A stretch of 64,000 nucleotides of DNA from an uncultured virus (IMG/VR IMGVR_UViG_3300042308_000967) (taxonomy: Duplodnaviria; Heunggongvirae; Uroviricota; Caudoviricetes), in the IMG/VR virus record IMGVR_UViG_3300042308_000967, positions 1 through 64,000 of that record; one strand, written 5' to 3'. A program made the translations under genes and the position numbers. Shown piece by piece: positions 17,344-27,849 of the stretch. How positions within the stretch are numbered: the first letter of the stretch is position 1; each line of letters starts with the position of its first letter. The notes below the pieces were generated by a model, which saw only the letters and a program-made list of their open reading frames with translations, did no database searches and was not told where the DNA came from.

Positions 17344-20300
17344 ATGGCAACGATAGATTCTAGAAAACTATTACCATCAAGCACTAAAGGTAGTGCGATT
17401 GATAAACCAAAGTTTCTTGTTCCTATTAAAAATATTTCCACTAAAAAAATTAGTGGATCTGATTTAAAACCAATTGATAAAAAAACAGAAACTTCTGGAT
17501 CTCTTGTTGTTTTAAAGAAAAAGATTATCAAACTTGATAGTCTAATTCAAAATAATCTACTGATAGACCAAAAAGAAAGAACAAGAAAAAGAAAAGAAGA
17601 GGAAAGATCAAAGGTAGAAAAAAGAGAAGCAGATCTTGAAAAAGGAGTAAAGAAAAATAATGTAAGAATAAATTTAATTTCATCTATTCCTGGACAAAGT
17701 ATTCTTGATAAAATTAATCGTTTTATTGGATTTACTTTACTTGGTTATTTGTTCAACAAGTATGGAGAACTTCTTCCAAAACTTATGGAGTTTGGAAAGG
17801 TTCTAAAACCAGTTGCAGAGTTTGTTGAAAGTTTTGCTAAAAATCTTCTTAAAGGTGTAATTGATTTTGTTGAATTTGGTTATAAGGCATACGATAAGAC
17901 AAGAGATTTTGTTAAACAGATAGGCGGAGAAGGAGCACAAAAAACATTTGATGAGTTTTCAAAGCAGTTAAATCTTCTTTTGAATGGAGCTATAGCAGCT
18001 TCAATGTTGATTGCAAGTAGTAAACCCAAACCTACATCTACTGGTAGTGGTTCTTTCGGTGCAGGATACGCTTCAGGATATGCTGCTGGACTTTCTGCTA
18101 GTCGTGGAGGTAGACCTGGAGCTGGATTTAGAGATCCATCAAGATATCGTTCTCCTGGACAAGCAAGATCTGGCGGATTTGATCTGGAACAAACTAGAAG
18201 AATAAACACTCAAGCAAATAGTGCAGCACCAACTGGCCCAAAAGGACCTTTAGATAGGATTAGTCGTGGTATTAGAGGAGCGGGAGCACAACTTGAAACT
18301 GGAACTTTATTTAAAAGAGGTGCAGGACTTCAAAAATCTTTATATAATGCTCCAGGAAAAATAAAAAGTATATCATCAAAACTTGGTGGATTTGGTGGAA
18401 AGATATTTGGCAGAATTCCAATTATTGGTGGATTAATTAATTTTGCAATTAGTCTTGCTTTAGGTGAAGATCCCGGAAGAGCAGCGGCTAAAGCGGTTGG
18501 TTCTACTGCTGGCGCTGCCTTGGGGACATTTATTCCTGTTCCTGGTGTTGGAACTATTCTTGGTGGTATTCTTGGTGATATTGCCGGTGGAGCATTATAT
18601 GATACTCTAATTGGCAATAAACAAAAACCACAAGGTCGGGCAGAAGGTGGACAAGTAACTAGAGGCGGTCAATCGACAGTAGCACCTTCAAGAAGGATAA
18701 AAAAACCGGTAAGAAAAGCACCACCAAGAATTCAACCACAAAAAACACAACCAGGAAAAGATGTTGGTGGCAAATTAAAGATTGAAGAACTTTATGGTAA
18801 GGACGAACCAGGAAAGAGAAGTGCATTAAGAGCACTCCGAAAGAGTTCTGATGATGTTAAGAGGATGAAATCCATTAACGGACTTGCTGGTTCAATGTTT
18901 GGTGCTGGTATTGATATGGCACTTGGACAAAAGCCAGATAAAAATCTTTCAAAAAATCTTGGAAATATTTTTGGATCTGTGATTGCTTCTGCAGTTGATA
19001 TGGAACTTAATAACTCTCTTGGTGATATTTCTAAAACTATTGCGATGGCAAATGGTGGCGTAGTTCCTTCACGAGAGATTGGAAAGAGTTTGAGTATTGG
19101 TGAAAGAATAGGTAGTTTTATTTCAAGAGCACTTGCAGTTTCTATTGAGAGTTCCGCTTCAAAGATACTTCAGAATTTACGTAATGAAATGAATTTGGAA
19201 GGTGGTGCTCCTGGCACAACACCTTCCGACGGTGGACCTGGTGGTGGCGGTGGAGAAATTCCAGGCGATGCTCCACCAGAAGTTAAGGCAATGCTTGAAG
19301 CAATTTCTGCTGGGGAAGGAAGTTGGGATTCTGTAAATCCATCAACAACAGTACCTGGATTAAGTAATATGACAATTGCTGATGCTCGTAAGGCTGCAAT
19401 AGCAAAAGGTGTGGATCAACTTGGCGGATCTGGTGCGATGGGTAAGTGGCAGCAAATGCCGGCATTTATTCTTGAAAGAGCAAGAGATGTGGGGTTAGAT
19501 CCAAATAAAGATAAATTTAATCCAGAAAATCAAACCAAAATTGCTAGAATGTTGATGGCATCCGTTTATCCCGGAGGAGAATCACAATTAGTTAAAGATG
19601 CTCAGAGAGATCCAATGTCTGCTGCAGCAAAGTTGAGAGGAACATGGCCTTCTTTGCCTGGAGGAAGTCAAGCAAATACTAAAGAGAAGAAATTTAGAGA
19701 AAATTTTGCAAAAGCTTTGCAATCATACAAGTCTCCAAGTGCAGTTCTAACAAAAGGTTCTTTTGCATCAGTTCTTCCAAGAGGAAATCCACAATTTACT
19801 AGTGGTTTTGGTTCTAGATGGGGAAGAAACCATCAAGGTATTGATATTGGTGTTGATGCAAATTCTCCAGTTACTGCTCTACAGGATGGAAAGGTAGTTG
19901 CAATTTATAAAAACTTTGGAGGACATGGAGTAGGAATTGTTGTTCAGCATTCTGATGGAACTAAAATCGTTTATGGACACGTAAATGCAAATGTAAGAGA
20001 GGGAGATACAGTTAAAAAGGGACAAACAATAGCAACAGTTAAAGGTTGGTTTAACGCATATGGAAATAAAGATAATACGCACTTGCACCTAGAAAGATAT
20101 GTTGGTGGAGCTGCTACAGATCCAACAGGATATTTAAATTCACTATCTAAATCACAACCAGATACTCGTCCAGCATCCTCACCACCTTCTCAGGTTAGAA
20201 CTAAATTAACTAGAAGTAATCAGTGGGACCCTTCTAAGTCTGGACTTAAGTTTAATGAAAAAACTGGAATGTATGAAAAAGCATCACTTGCACCATCACA

Positions 20301-20412
20301 ATCCTCATCAGTTGCCTCTTTAAATAAATCTGGCATTTTAAAGGAGGATACATCCACAATGATTTACAATAATAATGCAGTTGCTATTCTTCCAATTGAA
20401 GTTACTGCGTAA
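17344..20412 (+). CDS. tape-measure-like protein with lysozyme-like and M23 peptidase domains
   Basis: Gly/Ala helical repeats. AISAGEG..AMGKWQ..FNPENQ..TWPSLPG is muramidase-like. HQGID..YGH..HLHLE is an M23 signature. Confidence 0.8.
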   Translation: MATIDSRKLLPSSTKGSAIDKPKFLVPIKNISTKKISGSDLKPIDKKTETSGSLVVLKKKIIKLDSLIQNNLLIDQKERTRKRKEEERSKVEKREADLEKGVKKNNVRINLISSIPGQSILDKINRFIGFTLLGYLFNKYGELLPKLMEFGKVLKPVAEFVESFAKNLLKGVIDFVEFGYKAYDKTRDFVKQIGGEGAQKTFDEFSKQLNLLLNGAIAASMLIASSKPKPTSTGSGSFGAGYASGYAAGLSASRGGRPGAGFRDPSRYRSPGQARSGGFDLEQTRRINTQANSAAPTGPKGPLDRISRGIRGAGAQLETGTLFKRGAGLQKSLYNAPGKIKSISSKLGGFGGKIFGRIPIIGGLINFAISLALGEDPGRAAAKAVGSTAGAALGTFIPVPGVGTILGGILGDIAGGALYDTLIGNKQKPQGRAEGGQVTRGGQSTVAPSRRIKKPVRKAPPRIQPQKTQPGKDVGGKLKIEELYGKDEPGKRSALRALRKSSDDVKRMKSINGLAGSMFGAGIDMALGQKPDKNLSKNLGNIFGSVIASAVDMELNNSLGDISKTIAMANGGVVPSREIGKSLSIGERIGSFISRALAVSIESSASKILQNLRNEMNLEGGAPGTTPSDGGPGGGGGEIPGDAPPEVKAMLEAISAGEGSWDSVNPSTTVPGLSNMTIADARKAAIAKGVDQLGGSGAMGKWQQMPAFILERARDVGLDPNKDKFNPENQTKIARMLMASVYPGGESQLVKDAQRDPMSAAAKLRGTWPSLPGGSQANTKEKKFRENFAKALQSYKSPSAVLTKGSFASVLPRGNPQFTSGFGSRWGRNHQGIDIGVDANSPVTALQDGKVVAIYKNFGGHGVGIVVQHSDGTKIVYGHVNANVREGDTVKKGQTIATVKGWFNAYGNKDNTHLHLERYVGGAATDPTGYLNSLSKSQPDTRPASSPPSQVRTKLTRSNQWDPSKSGLKFNEKTGMYEKASLAPSQSSSVASLNKSGILKEDTSTMIYNNNAVAILPIEVTA

Positions 20413-20436
20413 ATAGTAATACGGTAAATAAAAATT

Positions 20437-21717
20437 ATGTCAGGAAGTAAGGAAGCAGCAACAGCAAATCTATTTGAAATAATTTCTAACTCTGGTGGAT
20501 CATCTTTTGACGTAAGATCTGGTTCTCCAAGAATTGAGTACCGCGAGAGTATGATTGATGATACGATCAGACTTTCTGTTGCGATTGTTGATACTGGACA
20601 ATCTGGATTTTCTGCTGCAGAAGCATTGAAACTTCAAGGTGGAGAGAAAGTCAAATTTAAATATACTGATGGTTCTGGAAACTCTTTAGACTTTTCTAAT
20701 GGAGAATGGTTGCGTTTATCTCATAAAACTTTTGAAGTTAGATCTTTCAAATCTTCTAGTTTTATAGCGCAGATTGTAGCAAAAGAATTTTTAGATAATA
20801 AACTTTCGAAAAATAATGTTTTAAGATGTTATAAAGGAAAAATATCAGAGGCTGTTGAAAGTATTTTAAAGTATGATTTAAAAACTGATAAAAATTTATA
20901 TATTAGTGAAACTGTAAACACTATTTCTGATTGGGGATTAAGATTAAAACCATACGAAGTTATATTAGAACTTCAGCAAATTTCAATTCCAACGGTCAAA
21001 GGATCAAATGGAAAAACAGCAGGATTTTTCTTCTGGCAAACTGCAAAGGGATTTCATTTTAAGTCTGCTGATGAAATCTTTAATGGAAAACCAACTAAGA
21101 AATACATTTACAACTTTAAAGTAGACGATCAAATGCCAGTAGGTTATACTAATAAACTATTAGATTTCAAAGCAAAAAGAGTTATTGATGTGGAAAAGCA
21201 ACTTGATTATGGTACATATAGTACTGTTTCTGAATCTTTTAATCCAGCATCTCAAGAATATAAAAAAGATTCTCCTTTGGTCGCTGATGTTGATTCTAAA
21301 ATTTGGTCAGGAAAAGAACCACCAAATTATGGCGAATATTTTCAAAAACCATCTTCATATTTTGCAATGCCTGAATCAATAGGAAATGCATATGTAAATC
21401 CATCTGAAATAAATAACTTGCTTGAAAAATCAAAAGATCAAAACTTTAATGTAATGCAAACAATTCCGCAGGCAACGCAGAATTATAGGCAAAGATTGAA
21501 CTTTATGTATGAGGCTATAATACCGGGAGACTTTAGTTTGCACGCAGGTGATATTATTCAGTGTGATGTTCCTGAATTGTCTGATAAAACTACGCCAGTA
21601 AGAAGTCCCAAAGATAGTGGTATATATATGATATTAGAGTTATGTCATTACATATCTCCAACACAAACTTACACTGGATTAGTTTTAGTTAAAGATTCTT
21701 TTGGTGTAAAAGTTTAA
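20437..21717 (+). CDS. baseplate hub-like structural protein (gp27-like position)
   Basis: IEYRESM, FFFWQTAKGFHFKS, IPGDFSLHAGDII, SGIYMILELCH..LVKDSFG. Confidence 0.6.
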   Translation: MSGSKEAATANLFEIISNSGGSSFDVRSGSPRIEYRESMIDDTIRLSVAIVDTGQSGFSAAEALKLQGGEKVKFKYTDGSGNSLDFSNGEWLRLSHKTFEVRSFKSSSFIAQIVAKEFLDNKLSKNNVLRCYKGKISEAVESILKYDLKTDKNLYISETVNTISDWGLRLKPYEVILELQQISIPTVKGSNGKTAGFFFWQTAKGFHFKSADEIFNGKPTKKYIYNFKVDDQMPVGYTNKLLDFKAKRVIDVEKQLDYGTYSTVSESFNPASQEYKKDSPLVADVDSKIWSGKEPPNYGEYFQKPSSYFAMPESIGNAYVNPSEINNLLEKSKDQNFNVMQTIPQATQNYRQRLNFMYEAIIPGDFSLHAGDIIQCDVPELSDKTTPVRSPKDSGIYMILELCHYISPTQTYTGLVLVKDSFGVKV

Positions 21718-21728
21718 GGTAAACAACT

Positions 21729-21944
21729 ATGGAAAAATCACTCCAGCAACACATTAATGACGATCGTGATGAACTTGATAATCCAAATACAGGTAGTCAG
21801 CGCCGCCGTCATTTAGAAGATGAACTTGGTGCATTAGAGCAATATCAAGTAAATCATCCAGACGATGATCACGATCCGACATCATTAGAACTATATTGCG
21901 ATACGCATCCAGATGCTCTTGAATGTAGAGTCTACGAAGATTAA
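21729..21944 (+). CDS. cp12: CP12 Calvin cycle inhibitor (phage type)
   Basis: C-terminal LELYCDTHPDALECRVYED (C-x8-C CP12 motif) and QRRRHLEDEL. Confidence 0.92.
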   Translation: MEKSLQQHINDDRDELDNPNTGSQRRRHLEDELGALEQYQVNHPDDDHDPTSLELYCDTHPDALECRVYED

Positions 21945-21946
21945 TA

Positions 21947-24274
21947 ATGACAAATTATTTGTATGAAAATTATAGTTCCCAATCAATATTCATTGGTATT
22001 GGACAAATATCGGAAAAAACTTACAAAGATTTTGTTCCGAAAAACCAAGGGGATGAAAAGGGTAAGGAACCTAAAGGATGGTCTTCAAGATATCCAGTCC
22101 GTCTTTGTTTTAGGATGGATCCAAAAGAAAAAGATGAATTAGTTGCTTTATATGAAGGATCTTTTCCTTCGGGTCATGCTGGCATACAAATTTCGTTTCC
22201 ACTTGCACCGAATACTTTTGTAAATGTTTTTTGTAAAGCTTATAATGATCCAGCTGGACAACTTAAACCAATTCCTGGAGCATATTTCATTGGAAGTGTA
22301 ATTGGAAATACTCTATGTGCATTTTCTGATAGTAAAAATGCAGCTGAAGGGTGTGCTCCAAAATCTGGATTTATACCTGGCATTGGAGCACTTGGTTCGG
22401 TTCCTGCAAGTCACATATCAAAGGATGGTAAAGTAGCAAATGAAGCAGGTGCAGGAGCACCTTGTAAAATATCTCAGGCAGATGAAGATCTTCAGAAGTT
22501 AAATGAATATATTAATGTTCCGTCTGCTTGTAAACCATTTGATTCAAATGCAATTAATAATTCTCTAAAGAATTTAAAGAAAGATATTGAAGGTTTAAGG
22601 AGTCAATTAAGTGGTCCTAATAGTGCTCTTTCAAATGCAGAGAATTTTTTAAATCAAGCAAAAGAAAAAATAAGTGGAGTTGCTGATAAGATAACTGGAT
22701 TTGTGAAATGGTTAATTAATTTTATTAAAGAAAAGGTGCAGAGAGGCGTAAACTTCATCACGAATAAAGCAAAAGCCGCATTATATCTGAATCAAAGATT
22801 TCAACTACAAGAAAAAAAATCTACTGCACTTGATCTAATTCTTTGTTTGTTTAATAAAATACTGGATAATTTGAGTGGATTGGTAGATCAATTTTTAAAC
22901 TCTATTATTAATCGTTATGTAAATATGGCAACCTGTGCCGTTGAAAAATTTCTTACAGAGTTGGTTGGACAAATCATCGGACAAATATTATCTGCAGTAA
23001 ATGGAATTCTAAATGCTGTTTTAGGAACGATTGCTGGAATCAAAGGATTGATCGATTCTGTTCTTGATGCAATTAGTTCCTTACTTGATTTTCTATCTTG
23101 TGATGTAAAAGCAGAATGTCCTGATGTCACTGAATGGAACTTTATTGAAGGTGCTGCTCCTCCAGCTAAAATTCTAGATGTGAGTGGTATTATTAATTCA
23201 GCAAAGTCAATTATTTCCTCTGCAAAATCTATTGCAGATCCAAATAATTTCAAATTCAGTCTAGACATCAATTCAATGATTGCTGGCGTTGGTGATTCTT
23301 GTAATGTCGGTCCTATTTTATGTGGTCCTCCAAAGATTTCTTTCTGGGGAGGCGGCGGATCAGGTGCAACTGGAAACGCAGTTGTCAGTGCCGCAGGTGA
23401 TATTCTTGGAATTGATATTACTTCAACGGGATTTGGATATACTAAAGCACCATTTGTAACTATTGAGGATGCTTGTGGTAAAGGTAAAGGAGCACAAGCG
23501 GTTGCTGTCATAGGAAAGGTTCCTTATGTTCCACCTCCAGGAACTAGCACAGGTACTGCAACTGGTACTGCAACTGGTACTGGAACTGGTGGTGGAACTG
23601 GTACAGGCACTGGAACTGGAATTGGTCCAAAACCAGGAGATCTTGTGGATGGAATATCTAAAATTATTGTACTTGATAGTGGTGGTGGATACTTATCTAC
23701 TCCTGATGGAAGTCAAGGTGGTGATGGAAGAACTTGGGCTGATAGATGCCAATCCACCATTAGAAGAGCAGATGGAAATTGGGATTATCCATACAGTCCT
23801 GGTGAAGTTATGGACATTAAGGTTGGAGATCTTGTTCAACTTGCTGGAGAATCATCTTTCGTTGCCATTCAAGATGAAACAACGACAGCACCTCAGTGTC
23901 CACCAGAATCTCAACAAGGACAATATCCTTCAAACTCCGATGGAACTTATCCAGTAATTGTAGAGTTGATTGATACTGAAATCGTAGATCCTGGATTTAA
24001 CTATCAGGACGGAGATAAGATCGTGATTACTCCAGATAATGGAGCAATATTAACTCCGAAGTTTGGATACAATGGACAGTTGATTGGTATTACTGTTGAT
24101 AGAACTGGTCTTGGATTTAATGAGAACCCAGAAATTGGTATAGATAGTAATACTGGATATAATGCAGTTATTAAGCCAGTGTTTAGAACAATAAAAGACC
24201 CCAAACTAATTACGGACAGAGATTCTGCAACATCTGTCTTACAAGTTGTTGATTGTGTTGGTAAACCATTATGA
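21947..24274 (+). CDS. baseplate hub / gp5-like protein
   Basis: N-terminal IGQI..KGWSSRYPVR OB-fold-like segment, long helical region, GGGGSGATG..G.GY repeats, ends VVDCVGK. No lysozyme motif seen. Confidence 0.65.
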   Translation: MTNYLYENYSSQSIFIGIGQISEKTYKDFVPKNQGDEKGKEPKGWSSRYPVRLCFRMDPKEKDELVALYEGSFPSGHAGIQISFPLAPNTFVNVFCKAYNDPAGQLKPIPGAYFIGSVIGNTLCAFSDSKNAAEGCAPKSGFIPGIGALGSVPASHISKDGKVANEAGAGAPCKISQADEDLQKLNEYINVPSACKPFDSNAINNSLKNLKKDIEGLRSQLSGPNSALSNAENFLNQAKEKISGVADKITGFVKWLINFIKEKVQRGVNFITNKAKAALYLNQRFQLQEKKSTALDLILCLFNKILDNLSGLVDQFLNSIINRYVNMATCAVEKFLTELVGQIIGQILSAVNGILNAVLGTIAGIKGLIDSVLDAISSLLDFLSCDVKAECPDVTEWNFIEGAAPPAKILDVSGIINSAKSIISSAKSIADPNNFKFSLDINSMIAGVGDSCNVGPILCGPPKISFWGGGGSGATGNAVVSAAGDILGIDITSTGFGYTKAPFVTIEDACGKGKGAQAVAVIGKVPYVPPPGTSTGTATGTATGTGTGGGTGTGTGTGIGPKPGDLVDGISKIIVLDSGGGYLSTPDGSQGGDGRTWADRCQSTIRRADGNWDYPYSPGEVMDIKVGDLVQLAGESSFVAIQDETTTAPQCPPESQQGQYPSNSDGTYPVIVELIDTEIVDPGFNYQDGDKIVITPDNGAILTPKFGYNGQLIGITVDRTGLGFNENPEIGIDSNTGYNAVIKPVFRTIKDPKLITDRDSATSVLQVVDCVGKPL
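23540..23626 (+). repeat. Gly-Thr low-complexity linker
   Basis: GGTACTGCAACT twice plus GGAACT/GGTACT units, encoding GTSTGTATGTATGTGTGGGTGTGTGTG. Confidence 0.8.
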
Positions 24275-24885
24275 GTGATAATTTAAAAACTAGTTGGGAT
24301 TATTCTCGCCTTGGTACAACTCAAGGCGAATTGAAGTTTGGTGATATTTCTTTAAATAAAACTAGTCTTGCTGCAATTCTCCGAAATAATAATCCAGGAA
24401 AAGCATCTGATCATTTTATGGGATTTGCCAGTTCTGGTAAATTCAATGGATCTACTTGGAATCAGTGTCCTTCAACATATCAAATTATTTGTGGAGATAC
24501 TCCTGTTAATGGAGTTGCATTTGTAACTTATGCAAAGAATGGTGATGTTATTATTGGTGCTCCAAGTGGAAGAATCCGAATGTTTGCAAAGGATATTGAT
24601 TTAATTGCAAGCGGAACCGATAATAAAACTGGATATGTTAATATTGTAACTAATCAAAATATAGAATTAAATGCTGGAGCAGATATTAATGTCCAATCAA
24701 AAGCAAATATTAATATTGCTGCAGAAAAACAAGTTCAGGTTACATCTCCTGGAAACTTAAAAATCAGAGGTCCTGGAAATTGGTTGGAAGATTGCGACTT
24801 TGTATTTGGACCTATTAGCGGCGCAGTAACCCCACTGCAGTTTTTAGATGGTTTGAAGAAATTAATTGGTAGTTTAGGAGGATAA
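24271..24885 (+). CDS. gp5 C-terminal beta-helix-like spike protein
   Basis: AKNGDVIIGAPSGRIRMFAKDIDL and 8-residue NIELNAGA/DINVQSKA/NINIAAEK repeats. Confidence 0.55.
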   Translation: MSDNLKTSWDYSRLGTTQGELKFGDISLNKTSLAAILRNNNPGKASDHFMGFASSGKFNGSTWNQCPSTYQIICGDTPVNGVAFVTYAKNGDVIIGAPSGRIRMFAKDIDLIASGTDNKTGYVNIVTNQNIELNAGADINVQSKANINIAAEKQVQVTSPGNLKIRGPGNWLEDCDFVFGPISGAVTPLQFLDGLKKLIGSLGG

Positions 24886-24886
24886 T

Positions 24887-25915
24887 ATGCCTGATTTAGG
24901 AAATCTTTTAGTAGGTGGTCAATTTCAAGTAACAGCAGGTCTTCCTGGTGGTGTTCCTGGACCACCTGCAACTGCGTTAGGTGGCGGAGCAGGCACTCCT
25001 CCTGTAAACGGTAGTGCTTGGATTGAAGGTCCAATGTTGATTGGATCACCCATCTCATATCCATTACCAAGACCAGCAGCAACTTTGATGATTGGTAGAA
25101 CTAAAAACTACCTGGCACCAGAGACATCTGGTTTACCTATCATAATGGTTACGAGTAGAGGATTTGCACCTACTCCAACGGACTTGTTGATTGGAGATCC
25201 AAGTGGACCTGTTGGATTGACTGCAACTCTTGCACCTAAAGTTACTATTAATGTTCTTGGTAAGACGACTTATACCGCAGTTAAAACAACTGGACTTGGA
25301 ATTTTGTCTTGGGCTGGTAAAAAAATTACAATTGCAGCAAAAACATCTGTTACAGGAAAAACAACAGTTGGACCAAAGTTGACTGTTGCTGGTGTACTAA
25401 ATGTCACTGGTGTAATTAAAAGTCCTACGATTGATTCACTCAAAGCAAAGATAGCAACTAAAAAAAGTAAACCATTTGATATGGAACACCCAAATAAAAA
25501 AGGGTGGAGATTACGTCACGTTTGCATAGAAGGACCAGAAATTGCTGTTTATTGTAGAGGTAAAGTTCCTGAAGATGGTGTTATCAATCTTCCATCTTTT
25601 TGGGATGGTCTTGTAAATATTGAGGATATGTCCATCAGTTTGACACCTATTGGATGTTGGCAAGAACTCTTTGTTAAAGAAGTACTCTGGGGAAAGCAAG
25701 TTATTGTTCGCAATAATGCAGGTGGTCCTATTAATGCAGATTATTATATTGTAGCCCGCCGTCTTGATGATGATTTGGTAGTTGAATATGAAGGAGAATC
25801 ATATCAAGACTATCCAGGTGGTAATGAAGGATATTCCTTTGATTTTGAGAGTAATTATGTTGAGAGCTTAATCAAAGAGACAGTTCGCAATCATATTGAT
25901 AATAACTTGCAGTAA
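24887..25915 (+). CDS. virion structural protein with C-terminal chaperone-like domain
   Basis: Beta-rich Gly/Thr N-half. KPFDMEHP..RLRHVCIEGPE..LPSFW..SLTPIG..YYIVARRLD C-domain. Confidence 0.6.
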   Translation: MPDLGNLLVGGQFQVTAGLPGGVPGPPATALGGGAGTPPVNGSAWIEGPMLIGSPISYPLPRPAATLMIGRTKNYLAPETSGLPIIMVTSRGFAPTPTDLLIGDPSGPVGLTATLAPKVTINVLGKTTYTAVKTTGLGILSWAGKKITIAAKTSVTGKTTVGPKLTVAGVLNVTGVIKSPTIDSLKAKIATKKSKPFDMEHPNKKGWRLRHVCIEGPEIAVYCRGKVPEDGVINLPSFWDGLVNIEDMSISLTPIGCWQELFVKEVLWGKQVIVRNNAGGPINADYYIVARRLDDDLVVEYEGESYQDYPGGNEGYSFDFESNYVESLIKETVRNHIDNNLQ

Positions 25916-25941
25916 AATAAATATTCAAAAGTATTTTAAAG

Positions 25942-27300
25942 ATGGATCCGAGATATTATAGTGTTCTTAATGATGATTTGAGAACAAAATTAGAGCAATC
26001 AAATTCTTCAATTGAAGATTCTTCGGAAACAATTATAGAATTGGATGGCAAAAAGGCACCATATGATGATATTATTATTTCTTTAGATAATGATATTTTA
26101 ACTGAAGTAAATTCTGTTAATACCAAAATTATTGATGTAAGTAATGCTTATCAAGACCGAATTAATGTAGGTTGTAGGACAGATGTATTTTGGAGAAGAG
26201 TTGGTCTTGCAGGAACGGTTCATACTTTAGTTGCAACAAAACTTTCTCTTGCTGGATATGCAGGAACTTTAACTGATGTTGAGTATTTTGATGGTGTTGG
26301 GTTTGTAACATATGATAATTATGATACATTTGGATATACGACAGAGAATGCATATGGAATTAAATATTATGATGAACCAGTAACACAGGATATCGGTAAT
26401 ACGTTTGTTACTAGTTTTATTGGAACAATCAGTCCAGGAGAAAATAAACTTACGGTTCTTTCTGTTGTTGGATCTTCATCAACAACTGGAATTGCAACAG
26501 GACAACTAGTAATTTCTTCAAAAGATGGAGTTATTCCTTCTTCATCAAATATTATTGGAATAGGGACGACAGCATTATCAAGATCTGTTTTAGGAATTTC
26601 GACTGGCTCTATTGTTAGTATTTTGACATTAGATGCAACAGCAACTGGTATTGCATCCGCACCAGAATCTAATGGATCTTTTGTAACTTTTACAGTCTTA
26701 ACTTCCATAACTGAATTTGGGTTTGACGATTATGAAATTCAATCTGATAAAGATCCATATTCACCACAAACGATTGGTATTATGACCTCGGGTAATATTG
26801 CTATCGGTGTTTCTGTAAAATATGATAATTCTGGCAATGAACCAAATGTGATTTCTTGGGACCCTGATTTATTTGATGATGAAGATCCGAGTACATTTGA
26901 ACCAGAAGTTGGTGCAGGAGTTTATTACTTACCAGTCGGATTTACTTCATATCCAGTTTCATTGAGTGGACAAAGAGTTGCTGTTGGTTTTGCAACAACA
27001 GTCACAGATGCACAATTACCTACTATTCTAACTCTCGCCACATCTTGCCCAACAGAGGAAACAAACTTGACAAATGCTATTAACACACTAAATACTGCAA
27101 AGTCTGACATCTCTTCTGGTATTAGCACATTAAATTATAAAATTGATGTTGCTAATACTTTTAGAGAGCAGAGAAAAGAAATTCAATCTGAAATTTGGGG
27201 ACTATCACAACAGATCGCATCATATCGTGCTGATATTATCACTTATAATAAAGCACTTAATTATCTTGGAGTATCAACCGTCACGGATACAGTACTATGA
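25942..27300 (+). CDS. putative virion structural protein
   Basis: 452 aa, coiled-coil ends, Ser/Thr/Gly-rich core, ATAAATA upstream. Confidence 0.6.
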   Translation: MDPRYYSVLNDDLRTKLEQSNSSIEDSSETIIELDGKKAPYDDIIISLDNDILTEVNSVNTKIIDVSNAYQDRINVGCRTDVFWRRVGLAGTVHTLVATKLSLAGYAGTLTDVEYFDGVGFVTYDNYDTFGYTTENAYGIKYYDEPVTQDIGNTFVTSFIGTISPGENKLTVLSVVGSSSTTGIATGQLVISSKDGVIPSSSNIIGIGTTALSRSVLGISTGSIVSILTLDATATGIASAPESNGSFVTFTVLTSITEFGFDDYEIQSDKDPYSPQTIGIMTSGNIAIGVSVKYDNSGNEPNVISWDPDLFDDEDPSTFEPEVGAGVYYLPVGFTSYPVSLSGQRVAVGFATTVTDAQLPTILTLATSCPTEETNLTNAINTLNTAKSDISSGISTLNYKIDVANTFREQRKEIQSEIWGLSQQIASYRADIITYNKALNYLGVSTVTDTVL

Positions 27301-27629
27301 AAATTCAACATCCACTAGATAAAAATTATACACTTAATTATGTCTCACCTTTTGGAGATAAAAATTTAGTCTTCACTCAAGGAAGACTTACGAATCAAAA
27401 ATACATTCAACTGCCTGAAGAATGGGAGAAAATCGTTGATCTTCATCATGTATCAGTTCATCTAACACCAATTCGTGCCAATCAAAATTTATTTGTAAAA
27501 AGAATTGAAGGAACTAAAGTTCTTGTAGAGTCAAATGGTATGCCAATTGACTGCTATTACCTGGTGTTTGGTGAAAGAATTGATATTCCTCGCCTGGACA
27601 CGGCACAGACACTTGACAGCGGCACCTGA
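27297..27629 (+). CDS. hypothetical protein, paralogue of the C-domain of 24887..25915
   Basis: IQHP..IQLPEEW..VHLTPI..QNLFVK..PIDCYYLVFGERID. Confidence 0.65.
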   Translation: MKIQHPLDKNYTLNYVSPFGDKNLVFTQGRLTNQKYIQLPEEWEKIVDLHHVSVHLTPIRANQNLFVKRIEGTKVLVESNGMPIDCYYLVFGERIDIPRLDTAQTLDSGT

Positions 27630-27641
27630 CCGTGCTACTAT
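27613..27641 (+). promoter_or_regulatory. sigma70-type early promoter
   Basis: TTGACA, 17 nt spacer, TACTAT. Confidence 0.75.
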
Positions 27642-27666
27642 ACATAGGTAATCAACGGACGACCGA

Positions 27667-27849
27667 ATGAAAGACGAGTACCTGACACGATGCGTAGTTG
27701 ATCCCGTAAAGCGTACAGTGTATCTGTATTCTAATGAAGGATCAGAGAAAGAAGTGTCCTGTGAAACCGTAGAGGAGTTTATGAGTGTGCTAGACTTTGT
27801 TCGTAATACACTTGATGAAAGCACTCTGTCTTATGCAAGTCCACTCTGA
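27667..27849 (+). CDS. small conserved cyanophage protein
   Basis: EYLTRCVVDP..YLYSNEG..CETVEEFMSVL. Confidence 0.75.
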   Translation: MKDEYLTRCVVDPVKRTVYLYSNEGSEKEVSCETVEEFMSVLDFVRNTLDESTLSYASPL

